64,000 nt of DNA from positions 98,282 through 162,281 of the forward strand of contig CAYFXC010000005.1 of the NCBI GenBank assembly GCA_964347045.1, in the 5' to 3' direction. The translations under genes were made by a program, and so were the position numbers. Below are positions 27,524 through 37,894 of the stretch, in pieces (position 1 is the stretch's first letter; each line of letters begins with the position of its first letter). Source of the DNA: an uncultured archaeon (GTDB taxonomy: Archaea > Asgardarchaeota > Hermodarchaeia > Hermodarchaeales > Hermodarchaeaceae). The notes under the pieces were generated by a model. The model worked only from the letters and a program-made list of their open reading frames with translations, was not told the DNA's origin and did not search any database.

Positions 27524-29029
27524 ATGACAAAAAAATCAACAAAACAATCTAAGAAGGAAGCTTCCAACCAAGATGAAATTGTAACCTTCCACTATGATAA
27601 GGTCGATGACTTTTCCAATTGGTTCACAGAAATCAACAAACGTGCGGAACTCTCTGACCAACGTTATGGCGTCAAAGGTCTAGTAGTTTTTCGTGCATGG
27701 GCAACCGTGACGCTGAAGATTATGTATCGACTACTTGAAGAAGATTTAGAACGTCACGGACATCTCCCTGTCATTTTCCCTGCCTTAGTTCCTGAATCGA
27801 ATCTCGTTAAGGAAGCCGAACACGTTGAAGGCTTTGCTCCGGAAGTCTTTTGGTGTACACGCGCAGGTGCTGATAATGTCTTTGAAGAACCACTTGCACT
27901 GCGTCCAACTAGCGAGTCCGCTATGTATCCCATGTATGCTCTATGGATTCGAAGCTGGCGCGATCTGCCCTTCAAACGCTACCAAAGTGTAGCTATTTGG
28001 CGATATGACACAAAAATGACAAGACCCTTCTTGCGCGGGCGGGAATTCTATTGGATAGAAGCCCATAACGTGTTTGCCACTGCAAAGGAAGCCGAAGATC
28101 AAGTCCTCGAAGATCTTGCGATCACCAAAAATTTTGTTGAAGGGCATTTAGCCATTCCCATCATTGTTCTCAAACGCCCACAATGGGACAAATTCCCTGG
28201 TGCTGTCTATACAGTGGCGGGTGAATCGATTCTGCCTAACGGGCGGTTCATCCAAAACTCAACTAGTCATATGCTCGGGGATAACTTCGCGAAAGCCTAC
28301 GGTGTTAAATATGTTGATGAAAACGAAGTGGAACAATTTGCTCAACAGACCTGTTTTGGACCCGGGCTAAGTCGAATGTACGGTGCACTTATCATCATGC
28401 ATGGCGACGATGATGGATTAATCTTACCCTTCAAATTAGCTCCAGTCCAGATTGTCATTATTCCAATTCCTAAGAAGGGTGCTAAGAAAACTGTTCAAAA
28501 ACGTTGTCTTGAACTTGAAGAAATCTTACGCAAGGCTGGATTTCGTGTCCACTTTGACAACACTGAGAAACGACCTGGTGATAAGTATTATTATTGGGAA
28601 ATGCGCGGTGTCCCACTGCGACTGGAGATAGGCAACCGTGAAGTGCAAGAAAATACTGCAACCATCTTTCGACGGGACATTCGGACACGAGAGGCCATTC
28701 TGGTTGATGAGCTAGTCAAAATGATACGTAAAACCGGTAAGGCGGTCACACAGGAACTCTGGCGTCGTGCAAAGGAGCATTTCGAAAAATCCTTTCAAGA
28801 CGCAGAAACCTTCGAAGAAATCTGTCAAATCATTGATCAAAATAACGCTGCCCGTATTAATTTCTGCACCATCGAAATGAATGGTTTAGCCTGTGCTGAA
28901 AAAATCAAAGATGCGACTGGAGCAGATATTCGAGGTGTGAGACTGGACAAAGATGAGAAACCATGGGGACCTTGTTCAATCTGTGGAGAACCTGCAACAG
29001 TTGTTGCCTATGTCGGAAAACAATATTAG
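27524..29029 (+). CDS. proS: Proline--tRNA ligase (archaeal/eukaryotic type)
   Basis: EHVEGFAPEV, LRPTSE, PFLRGREF, APVQIVIIPI, C-terminal Zn-binding domain ending KQY; SD AGGTGA. Confidence 0.97.
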   Translation: MTKKSTKQSKKEASNQDEIVTFHYDKVDDFSNWFTEINKRAELSDQRYGVKGLVVFRAWATVTLKIMYRLLEEDLERHGHLPVIFPALVPESNLVKEAEHVEGFAPEVFWCTRAGADNVFEEPLALRPTSESAMYPMYALWIRSWRDLPFKRYQSVAIWRYDTKMTRPFLRGREFYWIEAHNVFATAKEAEDQVLEDLAITKNFVEGHLAIPIIVLKRPQWDKFPGAVYTVAGESILPNGRFIQNSTSHMLGDNFAKAYGVKYVDENEVEQFAQQTCFGPGLSRMYGALIIMHGDDDGLILPFKLAPVQIVIIPIPKKGAKKTVQKRCLELEEILRKAGFRVHFDNTEKRPGDKYYYWEMRGVPLRLEIGNREVQENTATIFRRDIRTREAILVDELVKMIRKTGKAVTQELWRRAKEHFEKSFQDAETFEEICQIIDQNNAARINFCTIEMNGLACAEKIKDATGADIRGVRLDKDEKPWGPCSICGEPATVVAYVGKQY

Positions 29030-29063
29030 CCAATTCAGTTTTGTCTCGTTTTCTAGGATATGG

Positions 29064-29471
29064 CTAATTTTTTAGGTGTAGCTCCATCCATTGGCGCATT
29101 ACAGGATATTTCCCAGGGAAATTCCGGTCGATGTATAAAAAAACAGTATAGAGCAGGTCTCGGTCAAACTCAGGACCAAATGCAACATCTTGAATGCCAT
29201 CGTCGCCGTAAAAGAAGATATTTTCACTGGGCTTAACAGTAATGCTTGCTTCGCTGCCATCGACGTAGTAATCCCAATGTACAAAAAGTTTGGTGAAATA
29301 TTCAACATTCCATGGCCGTTCAACAGTGATATTTGCATACCCTGAAGCAGTGATCTCAATTTCCAAGTTACCAAGAAAAATGGTGTCACCTTGAATTAGA
29401 GGGTTCACCCCTTTCAAGAGCGATATCAATGCCTCTTTACAACTTTGTTTAGCAGCTTTATTGGTAGACAA
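29064..29471 (-). CDS. Hypothetical protein
   Basis: 135-aa ORF with protein-like composition; SD-like GGGG upstream. Confidence 0.6.
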   Translation of the reverse strand: MSTNKAAKQSCKEALISLLKGVNPLIQGDTIFLGNLEIEITASGYANITVERPWNVEYFTKLFVHWDYYVDGSEASITVKPSENIFFYGDDGIQDVAFGPEFDRDLLYTVFLYIDRNFPGKYPVMRQWMELHLKN

Positions 29472-29570
29472 GCCCGATATCCCCCTATATGGTTACAACA
29501 ATCATTTTTTACTATTCCGTTTCACTTCATTTGCCCTGAAATAAAAAGGAAAGAAAACAAAGGTTCTCGA

Positions 29571-30083
29571 TTAACGATTTGTGTCGGGATTTTTTGTTGC
29601 AAGCACTTCGTAGGCAAGTCCGGTGGCTCCTTCAATGAAATCACGACATTTCGTCTCCCAAAAATTCTGTTTTCTATACACCTGTAAGTCATTTTCTGAC
29701 GAAATATCAAGCCCGAGCAGATCATTACATCGGATATGTCCGAATCGAGCAATGAATAAGTTCATCATGGTCTGGCTAAACTCATACGGTGGTTTGTCTT
29801 CTGGTGTTTCTGTGGGGTGGTCTCGACCAAATTGAAGACTTAGTCCCATAATGGCCCCAGATAGTGCCCCACAGATTTCGCCATGTCGACCTATCCCCGC
29901 TCCAAAGCCCGTGGCGATTCGCGGAATGATTTTACTTTTAACATTCAATGCTTGGCTCAGCGCTTTGAGAACTGCTTCAGAACAAAGAAACCCTTCTTCA
30001 GCGTATTTCTTTGCTTGGTTCACTACTTCGTATTTTGAAAGCATTAGCTGCACCTTGAGACGAGAGAGTTGGTTTTCCTTCAA
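29571..30083 (-). CDS. C_GCAxxG_C_C family putative redox protein
   Basis: FLCSEAV, GFGAGIG, EICGALSG, C..L, KC. Confidence 0.9.
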   Translation of the reverse strand: MKENQLSRLKVQLMLSKYEVVNQAKKYAEEGFLCSEAVLKALSQALNVKSKIIPRIATGFGAGIGRHGEICGALSGAIMGLSLQFGRDHPTETPEDKPPYEFSQTMMNLFIARFGHIRCNDLLGLDISSENDLQVYRKQNFWETKCRDFIEGATGLAYEVLATKNPDTNR

Positions 30084-32117
30084 TTAGTTTATGGTTTGGT
30101 CTTCAGCTGATTCTTTATCTAATTCGGGTGCTTCACTAGATGAAGGTTGGGGATCATGACGATAGTACCACATTACAATTCCAAGGATTAGTAACCAAAA
30201 CGGTAGCACAATGAGTTGTAGAATAGGAATTAGGAAGGATACGATAACCAATGTGACAGCAGATCCCGCGATAAAACCAACAGCCATGACTTGGCCTTTT
30301 TTGGCAAACCATTCTTTACCATATTTACTATCAGTGTAGAGTCGCAGGAATCCTCCAATGGAGAATGGAATGAAATAGGAAGGTGGTAGAAACATTGCCA
30401 ATGCAACGCCCAAAGTAGATATTGGGAAAGCTACAGCTAGTAATCCGACAAGAACGCCTGCGATGAAGAATGCTGCAACGTTAAAGCCGGCAGCAAAAGC
30501 ATTGAGTGCGAAAAGAGAGACAATGGCAAATCCCTGCAAAACACCAACAGCAGGGAAGACTTCGCTGGGAAATCCTATCAAATACCAAGCGGCTATGACA
30601 AAGAGAACACTCGTTATCGCCCCCGGGAACATCTTAATGAGTTGAGCAATGAGAATAGACCTACGGGGAGTTTCGGTCATGTTGCCAATTTTCATGTTTC
30701 CAAGAGTGTCCGTTGTGATAAAGGGATTGATAGCTGGATATGCTAGAAATGCAGTGTATCCTTCGAGACCGATTACCGTGAGAGGGATTTCGTAGAAGGC
30801 AAGTCGTTGAACGCCCATTCCAATTCCGGCTTCACCGACGAATTTAACCATTACAAAGGTATCAATGAGAACAATCGGTAAAAGTAAGAATATTGAGATG
30901 CTGATACTAGTCCAAATGGGGAATGGTGAAAAGACATTCAGTCCAACGATAATGATGAAATAGATAAATATGATGGCTAAATAGGTCAGACCCAAGCGTC
31001 GGTTTTGGACTAATCCTAGAATAAATGTTTTCATATAGCTCCCAAAACCAACGGTGTCTCCTTCTTCACCATCAAATTTTCGGCTCCTTTCATTAGCGGG
31101 TTTAATTCGTCTTCGTAGGCTAATGACGGCAAAGACAACCAATCCACTGAGAAGCATTATACCGAGTGCGGGTGCAAGAATGTACTCGAAAAGGAGGTTG
31201 AAATACATCTCCATGCCTGTAAATCCATCGCTAACTACGCCCAATGTCACTAAGATTGGTGAAATCACAAGGTATGTGATAATTCCAGCGAAAAGCATAG
31301 TGATGGAGACTTTTGGGTCAATTATGTAGGATATAGCCATAAGGCTGATATTAAGCATAAACCCGAGGGCTAGCCCAGGAAGCAAGTAAGGCGTAAGATC
31401 CCAACCGAGGGTCGTGTACCCGAAGGGCATCACTAAAACATTGATAAAATATTGCAAGACTGTCACAAAGATTCCGATTCCCAACCAACGGAACATAAAC
31501 CGGCTTTGTTGACCTGTTTCCATGCAGGTGTTAATAGTTACTCCACTCGCAGTATAGAATGGAAATTTGGTTTGCTTTCGGGACTGTACATAATCTGCGA
31601 CAGCGAGTGCCCCAATGAATCCCAGAAAAGTGCTTATCCACACAAACCCAAGGTGAAAAATAATTGGCGGGATCCAACTCGGATCAAAAGCACTCCCATA
31701 GAGTAATACATCTTTCGATGGAACCAACCACCAGGGTAATGTGTACTCAGTATAGGCTTGCACGTACATAGAAATGGTTAAAGTATAGTATACCACGAAA
31801 CCAGTTGAAGCGATCATAGTCGTTGCGAGTTCTTGACGGTTAGATCCGCCCCGGGCAATATGAAATACTGTGTATGCGGTGAGGACCGTGATAATACCAA
31901 AGCCAAGGCCAAATCCAAAATTAATGCCAAGGTACGCGTTGATAGTAGTATAGACTATATTCAAAATTAGAGCTAGAACTATCCCCCGGATAGTAAGACT
32001 GGGGGCTGAGGACTCGCTTCTGGGATCCTTAGGCAAAGTACACTCCTCATCTTTTGATGCCTTAAGTTTATTCCCTTGTTTTCCTGTTTCATCGCTTAGA
32101 TGTTCGGAATCAGTCAT
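30084..32117 (-). CDS. OPT/YSL oligopeptide transporter family protein
   Basis: SLTIRGIVL N-terminal motif, many TM helices, F-P motif (TKFPF), GFIAGSA. Confidence 0.7.
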   Translation of the reverse strand: MTDSEHLSDETGKQGNKLKASKDEECTLPKDPRSESSAPSLTIRGIVLALILNIVYTTINAYLGINFGFGLGFGIITVLTAYTVFHIARGGSNRQELATTMIASTGFVVYYTLTISMYVQAYTEYTLPWWLVPSKDVLLYGSAFDPSWIPPIIFHLGFVWISTFLGFIGALAVADYVQSRKQTKFPFYTASGVTINTCMETGQQSRFMFRWLGIGIFVTVLQYFINVLVMPFGYTTLGWDLTPYLLPGLALGFMLNISLMAISYIIDPKVSITMLFAGIITYLVISPILVTLGVVSDGFTGMEMYFNLLFEYILAPALGIMLLSGLVVFAVISLRRRIKPANERSRKFDGEEGDTVGFGSYMKTFILGLVQNRRLGLTYLAIIFIYFIIIVGLNVFSPFPIWTSISISIFLLLPIVLIDTFVMVKFVGEAGIGMGVQRLAFYEIPLTVIGLEGYTAFLAYPAINPFITTDTLGNMKIGNMTETPRRSILIAQLIKMFPGAITSVLFVIAAWYLIGFPSEVFPAVGVLQGFAIVSLFALNAFAAGFNVAAFFIAGVLVGLLAVAFPISTLGVALAMFLPPSYFIPFSIGGFLRLYTDSKYGKEWFAKKGQVMAVGFIAGSAVTLVIVSFLIPILQLIVLPFWLLILGIVMWYYRHDPQPSSSEAPELDKESAEDQTIN

Positions 32118-32390
32118 AACGGGTTCATCTGCTTCTCACTCAATAGTTAGGTGGTTTATGATTCCGCTCATAGCGCTTCATATAGTACATATTGTTTTTG
32201 AAAATGGCATAAAATCGCATAATATATCATCATAATCCTTATGGTGTGGTCAGTGCACTAATGCAATCTGCGATAAACTGCTCAAATTTGTGGTTACTCA
32301 TTGAACAGATCTGAATACTTCTTCGTAAATAGCAAGACAGTGTAACTCAAATACTAAGACTTCCTTCTCGCTATCGAGGTTTGGGTAACC

Positions 32391-33566
32391 ATGGTTGATT
32401 TTCATCTTTCTGATGAGCAGTTGGCTCTTCAAGCTAAAGCGCGTCAATTCGCTCTCAACGAAGTGCTTCCGGTGTCCCGGCACTATGATCGAACCGGGGA
32501 GTTTCCCCGGGAAGTTATCGCAAAAGCCCATAAAGCCGGACTAATGAATCTTGGCATTCCCACCGAATATGGTGGGCTTGGCTATAGCTCCTTTAGCTCG
32601 GTCTTGGTTGTTGAAGAGTTTGCTGCTGCATGCGCTGGAATGACAACATCCATCTATGTCAACGATTTAGGAACAACACCAATAGTGTTGGGTGGAAATG
32701 AAGCACAGAAAAAACAATGGCTAACTCCTTTTTCGAAAAAACTTCAATTTGCTTCATTTGCCACCAGTGAGCCTGGAATGGGTTCCGATGTGGCTGGTAT
32801 CCAAACCAGCTACGAACGCAAAGGAGACGTATTCATTCTCAATGGCAACAAATTCTGGATTACCAACGGCAATTATGCTGATCTGTTTGTTATTTTTGCT
32901 CGTCAAAAAGGCACTGAACGCCACCAAGGTCTTTCTGCATTCATTGTTCCAGCGGATACAAAAGGTCTCTCAACCGGAAAGCCTTTGAAAAAATTGGGTC
33001 ACCGTGCATCAGATACTGCAGCTGTAATTTTGCGCAATGCTGAAGTTCCTACTGAAAACCTTCTAGGCAGTGAAGGGATGGGCTTCTTGCTTGCGATGAT
33101 GACCTTCGTCAAAACCCGTCCCGCCATTGGGGCTATGGCAACAGGGCTAGCTCGCTCCGCGATGGAGTATGCCATTAACTATGCAAAACAACGAGAGGCC
33201 TTCGGGAAACGAATCAGCAGCTTCCAAGCTATTCAAGACTTGGCTGCGGATATGTATGCTCGTATCGAAGCGATGCGTCTTTTAACGTGGAAAGCTGCGT
33301 GGATGGTGGATCAAAAAACCGATGGTAATATCACTAACGTCGCCTCCAGCTGTGCTAAACTTATTGGCGCAGAAGACGCCATGAAAATCGTCACAGACGC
33401 CCTACAAATCTACGGCGGTAAAGGTTACCTGGAACAATACCCCATCCAGAAACTTTTCCGTGACGCAAAACTCTATCAAATCTATGAAGGAACAAGTCAA
33501 ATCCAACGCTACGTCATCTCACGCTTCCTATTCAAAGAATATGAATCAATCATGAAGAACTTCTAG
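32391..33566 (+). CDS. Acyl-CoA dehydrogenase
   Basis: SEPGMGSD, LNGNKFWITN, REAFGK, QIYGGKGY, IYEGTSQIQR. Confidence 0.95.
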   Translation: MVDFHLSDEQLALQAKARQFALNEVLPVSRHYDRTGEFPREVIAKAHKAGLMNLGIPTEYGGLGYSSFSSVLVVEEFAAACAGMTTSIYVNDLGTTPIVLGGNEAQKKQWLTPFSKKLQFASFATSEPGMGSDVAGIQTSYERKGDVFILNGNKFWITNGNYADLFVIFARQKGTERHQGLSAFIVPADTKGLSTGKPLKKLGHRASDTAAVILRNAEVPTENLLGSEGMGFLLAMMTFVKTRPAIGAMATGLARSAMEYAINYAKQREAFGKRISSFQAIQDLAADMYARIEAMRLLTWKAAWMVDQKTDGNITNVASSCAKLIGAEDAMKIVTDALQIYGGKGYLEQYPIQKLFRDAKLYQIYEGTSQIQRYVISRFLFKEYESIMKNF

Positions 33567-33684
33567 GTGCAATTTTTCCATCGGATGTTGCCGGATGGGT
33601 ATCAGAAAGAAATATGATAATTTAGTAATTAATGCGGTGGCGCTAAAGCGGATTTACAAAGCTGTTTGGTTTTCTCGTCTTTTC

Positions 33685-33924
33685 TTATTTTTTCCACGCA
33701 GGCATTTTCGCCATATATTCATCAACATTCTTTTCTGCTGTTGTTCGATCAACTTTTTCGCGTTGCATCCAGAACTGAATCATGCCTTCCCGGACTTCGT
33801 TGCGGGGTTTGAGAATGCCTTCATCATCGCTACAGTAGACGCAGCTTTCGTTGCCTTCTTTTCCGCCACCGAATTCTTCGGGTTTTGTCATGTTCATGCC
33901 ACAGGAGATACAGTGTTCGACCAT
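33685..33924 (-). CDS. Putative zinc-ribbon protein (79 aa)
   Basis: CISCGM...CVYC...MPAWK; SD GGTGA before ATG 33924. Confidence 0.8.
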   Translation of the reverse strand: MVEHCISCGMNMTKPEEFGGGKEGNESCVYCSDDEGILKPRNEVREGMIQFWMQREKVDRTTAEKNVDEYMAKMPAWKK

Positions 33925-33988
33925 TTGAATCACCCATGAGAAAAATGGGCTAGCTGACATTTAAAAGTCTATGCAGAAATGCCTATAG

Positions 33989-34879
33989 GTGAAATTGCAT
34001 ATAGATTGTGTTATGCCAAGCCAAGAACTGGTTCGAAATCAAATCCTTCTCATTCTTGATCAGCAAGGCTGTCATGGGTATGAACTCCGTCGACGACTAG
34101 TCCCATTGGTAGGAGATGTTGAAATTACTACATTGTATCGGTGGCTCCATCAGATGGAGAAAGAAGGACTCATTACAAGTAGGCAGACCTCCGGACCTCA
34201 TGGGCCTAATCGACGTGAATATCAACTAGGAGAAAGAAGTGAACGAGCCTTACGTCGCCTTTTACGTGATTCGTTAGGAGTACTATTGCATTTCTATGAC
34301 GAATATCGACGCTCGCTACTTAATCAGATAGACCCTATTGATTTACCTCGCGGTCCAAAGCCCCCTGGACCTACATTAGCAGGCATTCTTGCACCGTATT
34401 ATGGTCATGAACGCAGCTTTTTTAATTTTCAATTGTTCCGATTAGAAGGCTCTCCTCTATATGTGTTAGGTGATTTTGATGCTATGGGGGCTCGAAAAGG
34501 AATGATGATCCCCGTTCAAGGAACGCCTTGGGATGTTGCATCAAAGGGGAACCGTTTCGGTGAAATTTGGCTGCTTGGAGTCCCTCCCCGCGATAAGTTA
34601 CCTCGAACTGTAGTAGAAGCTAAACGAATATTGGTTCCAGGTGGGATTTTCCGGTTAAATGTCCCTTTTGTGTTTTTTGACGAACCAAAAGCCCCAACCT
34701 TGGAAGCTTTCATTCAAGTGACAGCTTCTCATCTCTTTCCTGAACTTGGTTTCTTCGAAGGAAATGAGTTAATACAGATTTTCAAACAACACTTCCTCCG
34801 CTCAGGTGTAATTGAAATCGTTGCTGGATATGTCCAAATGTGGGGGCTCAATATTCCATGTGATGAATCTTCGACCTAG
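33989..34879 (+). CDS. PadR-family regulator with degenerate SAM-methyltransferase-like C-terminal domain
   Basis: HGYELRRRL, TTLYRWLHQMEKEGLI, GPNRREY; EAKRILVPGG. Confidence 0.8.
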   Translation: MKLHIDCVMPSQELVRNQILLILDQQGCHGYELRRRLVPLVGDVEITTLYRWLHQMEKEGLITSRQTSGPHGPNRREYQLGERSERALRRLLRDSLGVLLHFYDEYRRSLLNQIDPIDLPRGPKPPGPTLAGILAPYYGHERSFFNFQLFRLEGSPLYVLGDFDAMGARKGMMIPVQGTPWDVASKGNRFGEIWLLGVPPRDKLPRTVVEAKRILVPGGIFRLNVPFVFFDEPKAPTLEAFIQVTASHLFPELGFFEGNELIQIFKQHFLRSGVIEIVAGYVQMWGLNIPCDESST

Positions 34880-34880
34880 A

Positions 34881-36485
34881 TTACTCCTCCTCTTCGAAGA
34901 GCTCTTTACTGGACTTCCGAGCTCGTTGCATACTCATCGCTGCATCTTCATCGGCAATCGGTGCAGCTTGAGCGACACCCACCACAGAGCGTTTACTCAT
35001 TTCAACCTTTTGCCTTTCAGCGACCTGTTCGGCTTCCGCGATTTCTTCATCAAGAACCTTGTCAGCCTTTTTGATTGCTTTTGTCAGAGCGGCCGGGGCT
35101 TGATTCTTTACAGCTCTGTATGCTTTTTGAGTGTCTTTGAGAATTTTCTTACTCTTGGCTACCTCACCCCGATACTGTTCTTCGCCTGCCCTTTGTACAG
35201 CATAAGTGGCGGGAAGTTCAGCGTCTAGGGTTTCGATGATTGGTTTTGCATCATCAGTTACCTGGACCCGTTTAGTCATCACGCGCATTCGCTGGTTGCC
35301 TTCCTCATCCCTGTAGGAGATTTGCACTTGAATAGGAACTTCTTTTTCTTTCACCTTTGCTGCCGGGGCTAGCCTGACATATACCTCTCGATCTTCTGTT
35401 ACAGATCCTATTCGGATACCTTGTTTGAGTTGGCTTGCATCAACTCCTCCAAGCCCACTGACTTCAGAGAGTTCTACGTCTTCGGGGGCAATTACACGCA
35501 TCTTCACACTTCGTGCAACAATCTTGCCCGCTGAAGAGGAGCTCATGGCATCGGCGATTTCAGAAGCTTGGGCATAGTACATCGTTCCCCCTGTCTGCAT
35601 AGGCATAACAGCGAGAGCTTCTAGTGCCATGAAAGCAGACGGATCTTTGATTCCAACCACATCAATGATGATGCTAGAATTGGCAGCTTTGATTGCAAGA
35701 TCCTCATAGAGTTGAGCTCCAGTTGTTGAAGCGCCTTCAAGCGCCCCAACGCCTTCATTGGCAAGACCATCGGTGAGGAGAATAATACGTCCTCCTCGAT
35801 CTTTCATAATCACATAACCAGCGACCATCGCGGGTCCAAGGGCGGTCATATCGATGTCGCGAAGTTTTTCGATGTTTGAGACCCATTGTTTCTTCGTCTT
35901 TTTCAAGGGTTTGAGCTTGACATCCTTGAGTCTCTTTTTGACGACCTTGCTGATTTCTTTAATACTATATCGTATATCACCAGAGAGAGTGAAGATTTTC
36001 TTCATATTTTCATCATAGCAATATACATCACTGTGGAAGGCGAGAAGACCAAAGGCAGTTTCAGGAGCATTAACACTCAAATCAGTCACTGTTCGAATTA
36101 GCGATTCTTTCACTGCTTCCAGTTTTCCCCCACTCATTGAACCCGAAATGTCAATCACTGCTAGTAAGGTGTCTTCGTGAATGGGTTTTGCATGGGCGAG
36201 TTGCCCTAATACGAATTCGGAGAGATCGGTTCCAGGCATCAATTCCTTTGGAATAATGTTGATGGTGCTACAAAATTCGCATTGAAACGTCTTCCCTTTA
36301 GTAGGGGATGTCTGAATGATATCTGGATTAGTTAGAGCCCCACCACAGTTACTACACATAATAGGTCTTGTGGAAATCTCTTTGACTTTCTCTTTCATAT
36401 CGGCAAAGGAGACGCGTCCGACCCAGGGCATATCCTTGAGGACTTTACTGTCTTTGGGAAAATAATCTGAACTAGTTTTGAACAT
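34881..36485 (-). CDS. Sec23/Sec24-like Zn-finger + vWA (trunk) protein
   Basis: PIMCSNCGGAL...FQCEFCSTIN; VIDISGSM (MIDAS); TALGPA; GRIILLTDGLANEGVGAL; beta-sandwich and helical tail. Confidence 0.75.
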   Translation of the reverse strand: MFKTSSDYFPKDSKVLKDMPWVGRVSFADMKEKVKEISTRPIMCSNCGGALTNPDIIQTSPTKGKTFQCEFCSTINIIPKELMPGTDLSEFVLGQLAHAKPIHEDTLLAVIDISGSMSGGKLEAVKESLIRTVTDLSVNAPETAFGLLAFHSDVYCYDENMKKIFTLSGDIRYSIKEISKVVKKRLKDVKLKPLKKTKKQWVSNIEKLRDIDMTALGPAMVAGYVIMKDRGGRIILLTDGLANEGVGALEGASTTGAQLYEDLAIKAANSSIIIDVVGIKDPSAFMALEALAVMPMQTGGTMYYAQASEIADAMSSSSAGKIVARSVKMRVIAPEDVELSEVSGLGGVDASQLKQGIRIGSVTEDREVYVRLAPAAKVKEKEVPIQVQISYRDEEGNQRMRVMTKRVQVTDDAKPIIETLDAELPATYAVQRAGEEQYRGEVAKSKKILKDTQKAYRAVKNQAPAALTKAIKKADKVLDEEIAEAEQVAERQKVEMSKRSVVGVAQAAPIADEDAAMSMQRARKSSKELFEEEE

Positions 36486-36665
36486 GATACTCGATTCCCC
36501 GTGAGTTTACTGTTGTAGGCTGATAGAAATCTAGGTACAAAAGCTTGTCGTCGATGGTGAATGCAACCTTCTAATTAATGGTTGGGCATTTACGCTTTCT
36601 TCAAGCCTCAGGGAAGCTCCATTTTGCATCAACTAGGCTTTTCACCTGAGTTTTCGTGGTTCAGA

Positions 36666-37748
36666 TTAGCCAATTACTCCTGTGGTTCGAGCAAGACGCT
36701 CCGCAGCCTCTTCGGTGAGTCCCCTTTCACCTAAAATAGTGTACCTGCTAGGATTAATGGTGTGCGCAATCTTCAGTGCTTCGATAACATCTTTGGCTTT
36801 CAATCCTAGCTGTCTTGCAGTCGTTGGGGCACCAATTGTGGCCAGAGCATCGCGAATTTTTTCCCAATCAATTGCGTGGAGATATCCCATCATGATGGTG
36901 CCTACTCCACATTGTTCACCATGCAAGGCAGGTTGGGAGGCGATACGATCGAGAGCATGACTAAATTTGTGTTCAGCACCACTTGCAGGGCGACTGGAAC
37001 CTGCAATTCCCATAGCTATTCCGCTAGCAATCAAAGCCTCAACAACTAAACGGATACTGTATTCGTCATTTGGTTTGATTGATGCTGCATTCTTTATAAT
37101 GATGTTAGCACCCATTAGGGAGAGGGAAGCAGAATATTCTCCATAGTACTCGTAACCAAGAGCGTGGGCTAGTTTCCAATCCCGCACAGCAGTGATTTTG
37201 GAGATTAGATCACCACACCCTGCAGCGGTAAATCGGTAAGGGGCATTTGCAATAATGTGGGTGTCAGCAACAATGGCAATGGGGGATTGACCTTCAATTG
37301 ATACTGTCGTTCCATCTTTTTTAATTGAGGCTCGAGGACTTGATATCCCATCATGCGATGCAGAGGTTGGTACACTAATAAAGGGCTGACGTTCTCGGGT
37401 GGAACATAGTTTTGCTGTATCAATAACTGATCCTCCACCAACTGCAACCACAACTCCCGCACTTTTCCTCTTTATCCCATCACAAGATTTCTCGACTTCT
37501 TGTTCCGTGGCTTTCTTGATTAAGACAAGTTCAACACTAAATTTTGAGTTTTCGAGCGATGTGATAGCATCATCACCTGTAATCTTCATCACATCACTAT
37601 CAGTGATGAGGACTGCTCTACGAGTCGATACAACACGTCGTGTGACGTCACCAAGCTGATGAATAACTCCTGATCCAATCATCACTTCACCAGGGAGTTG
37701 CATGCGATGGGTATTTTCTTCCTCACTCATTGCACTTTCACCTATCAA
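36666..37748 (-). CDS. egsA: Glycerol-1-phosphate dehydrogenase [NAD(P)+]
   Basis: GGGSVID, PTSASHDG, SRPASGAEHKFSHALD, LHGEQ. Confidence 0.97.
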   Translation of the reverse strand: MIGESAMSEEENTHRMQLPGEVMIGSGVIHQLGDVTRRVVSTRRAVLITDSDVMKITGDDAITSLENSKFSVELVLIKKATEQEVEKSCDGIKRKSAGVVVAVGGGSVIDTAKLCSTRERQPFISVPTSASHDGISSPRASIKKDGTTVSIEGQSPIAIVADTHIIANAPYRFTAAGCGDLISKITAVRDWKLAHALGYEYYGEYSASLSLMGANIIIKNAASIKPNDEYSIRLVVEALIASGIAMGIAGSSRPASGAEHKFSHALDRIASQPALHGEQCGVGTIMMGYLHAIDWEKIRDALATIGAPTTARQLGLKAKDVIEALKIAHTINPSRYTILGERGLTEEAAERLARTTGVIG

Positions 37749-37894
37749 ACTAAGAACAGAATAGCTATCGGTTTAGTCCTCTTAAAAATATAAACTGTAC
37801 ATAGTAGGTTTAAGGCAGGATTATATTTGCGAGTGACTCAATATTTCCAGTCATAACAAACTATGAAAACCTAGGGCGGAAGTGATACATTCAA

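Noticed and set aside
33595-33939. 114-aa plus-strand ORF
   Set aside because: Antisense to the Zn-ribbon gene, which has a clear family motif and SD.
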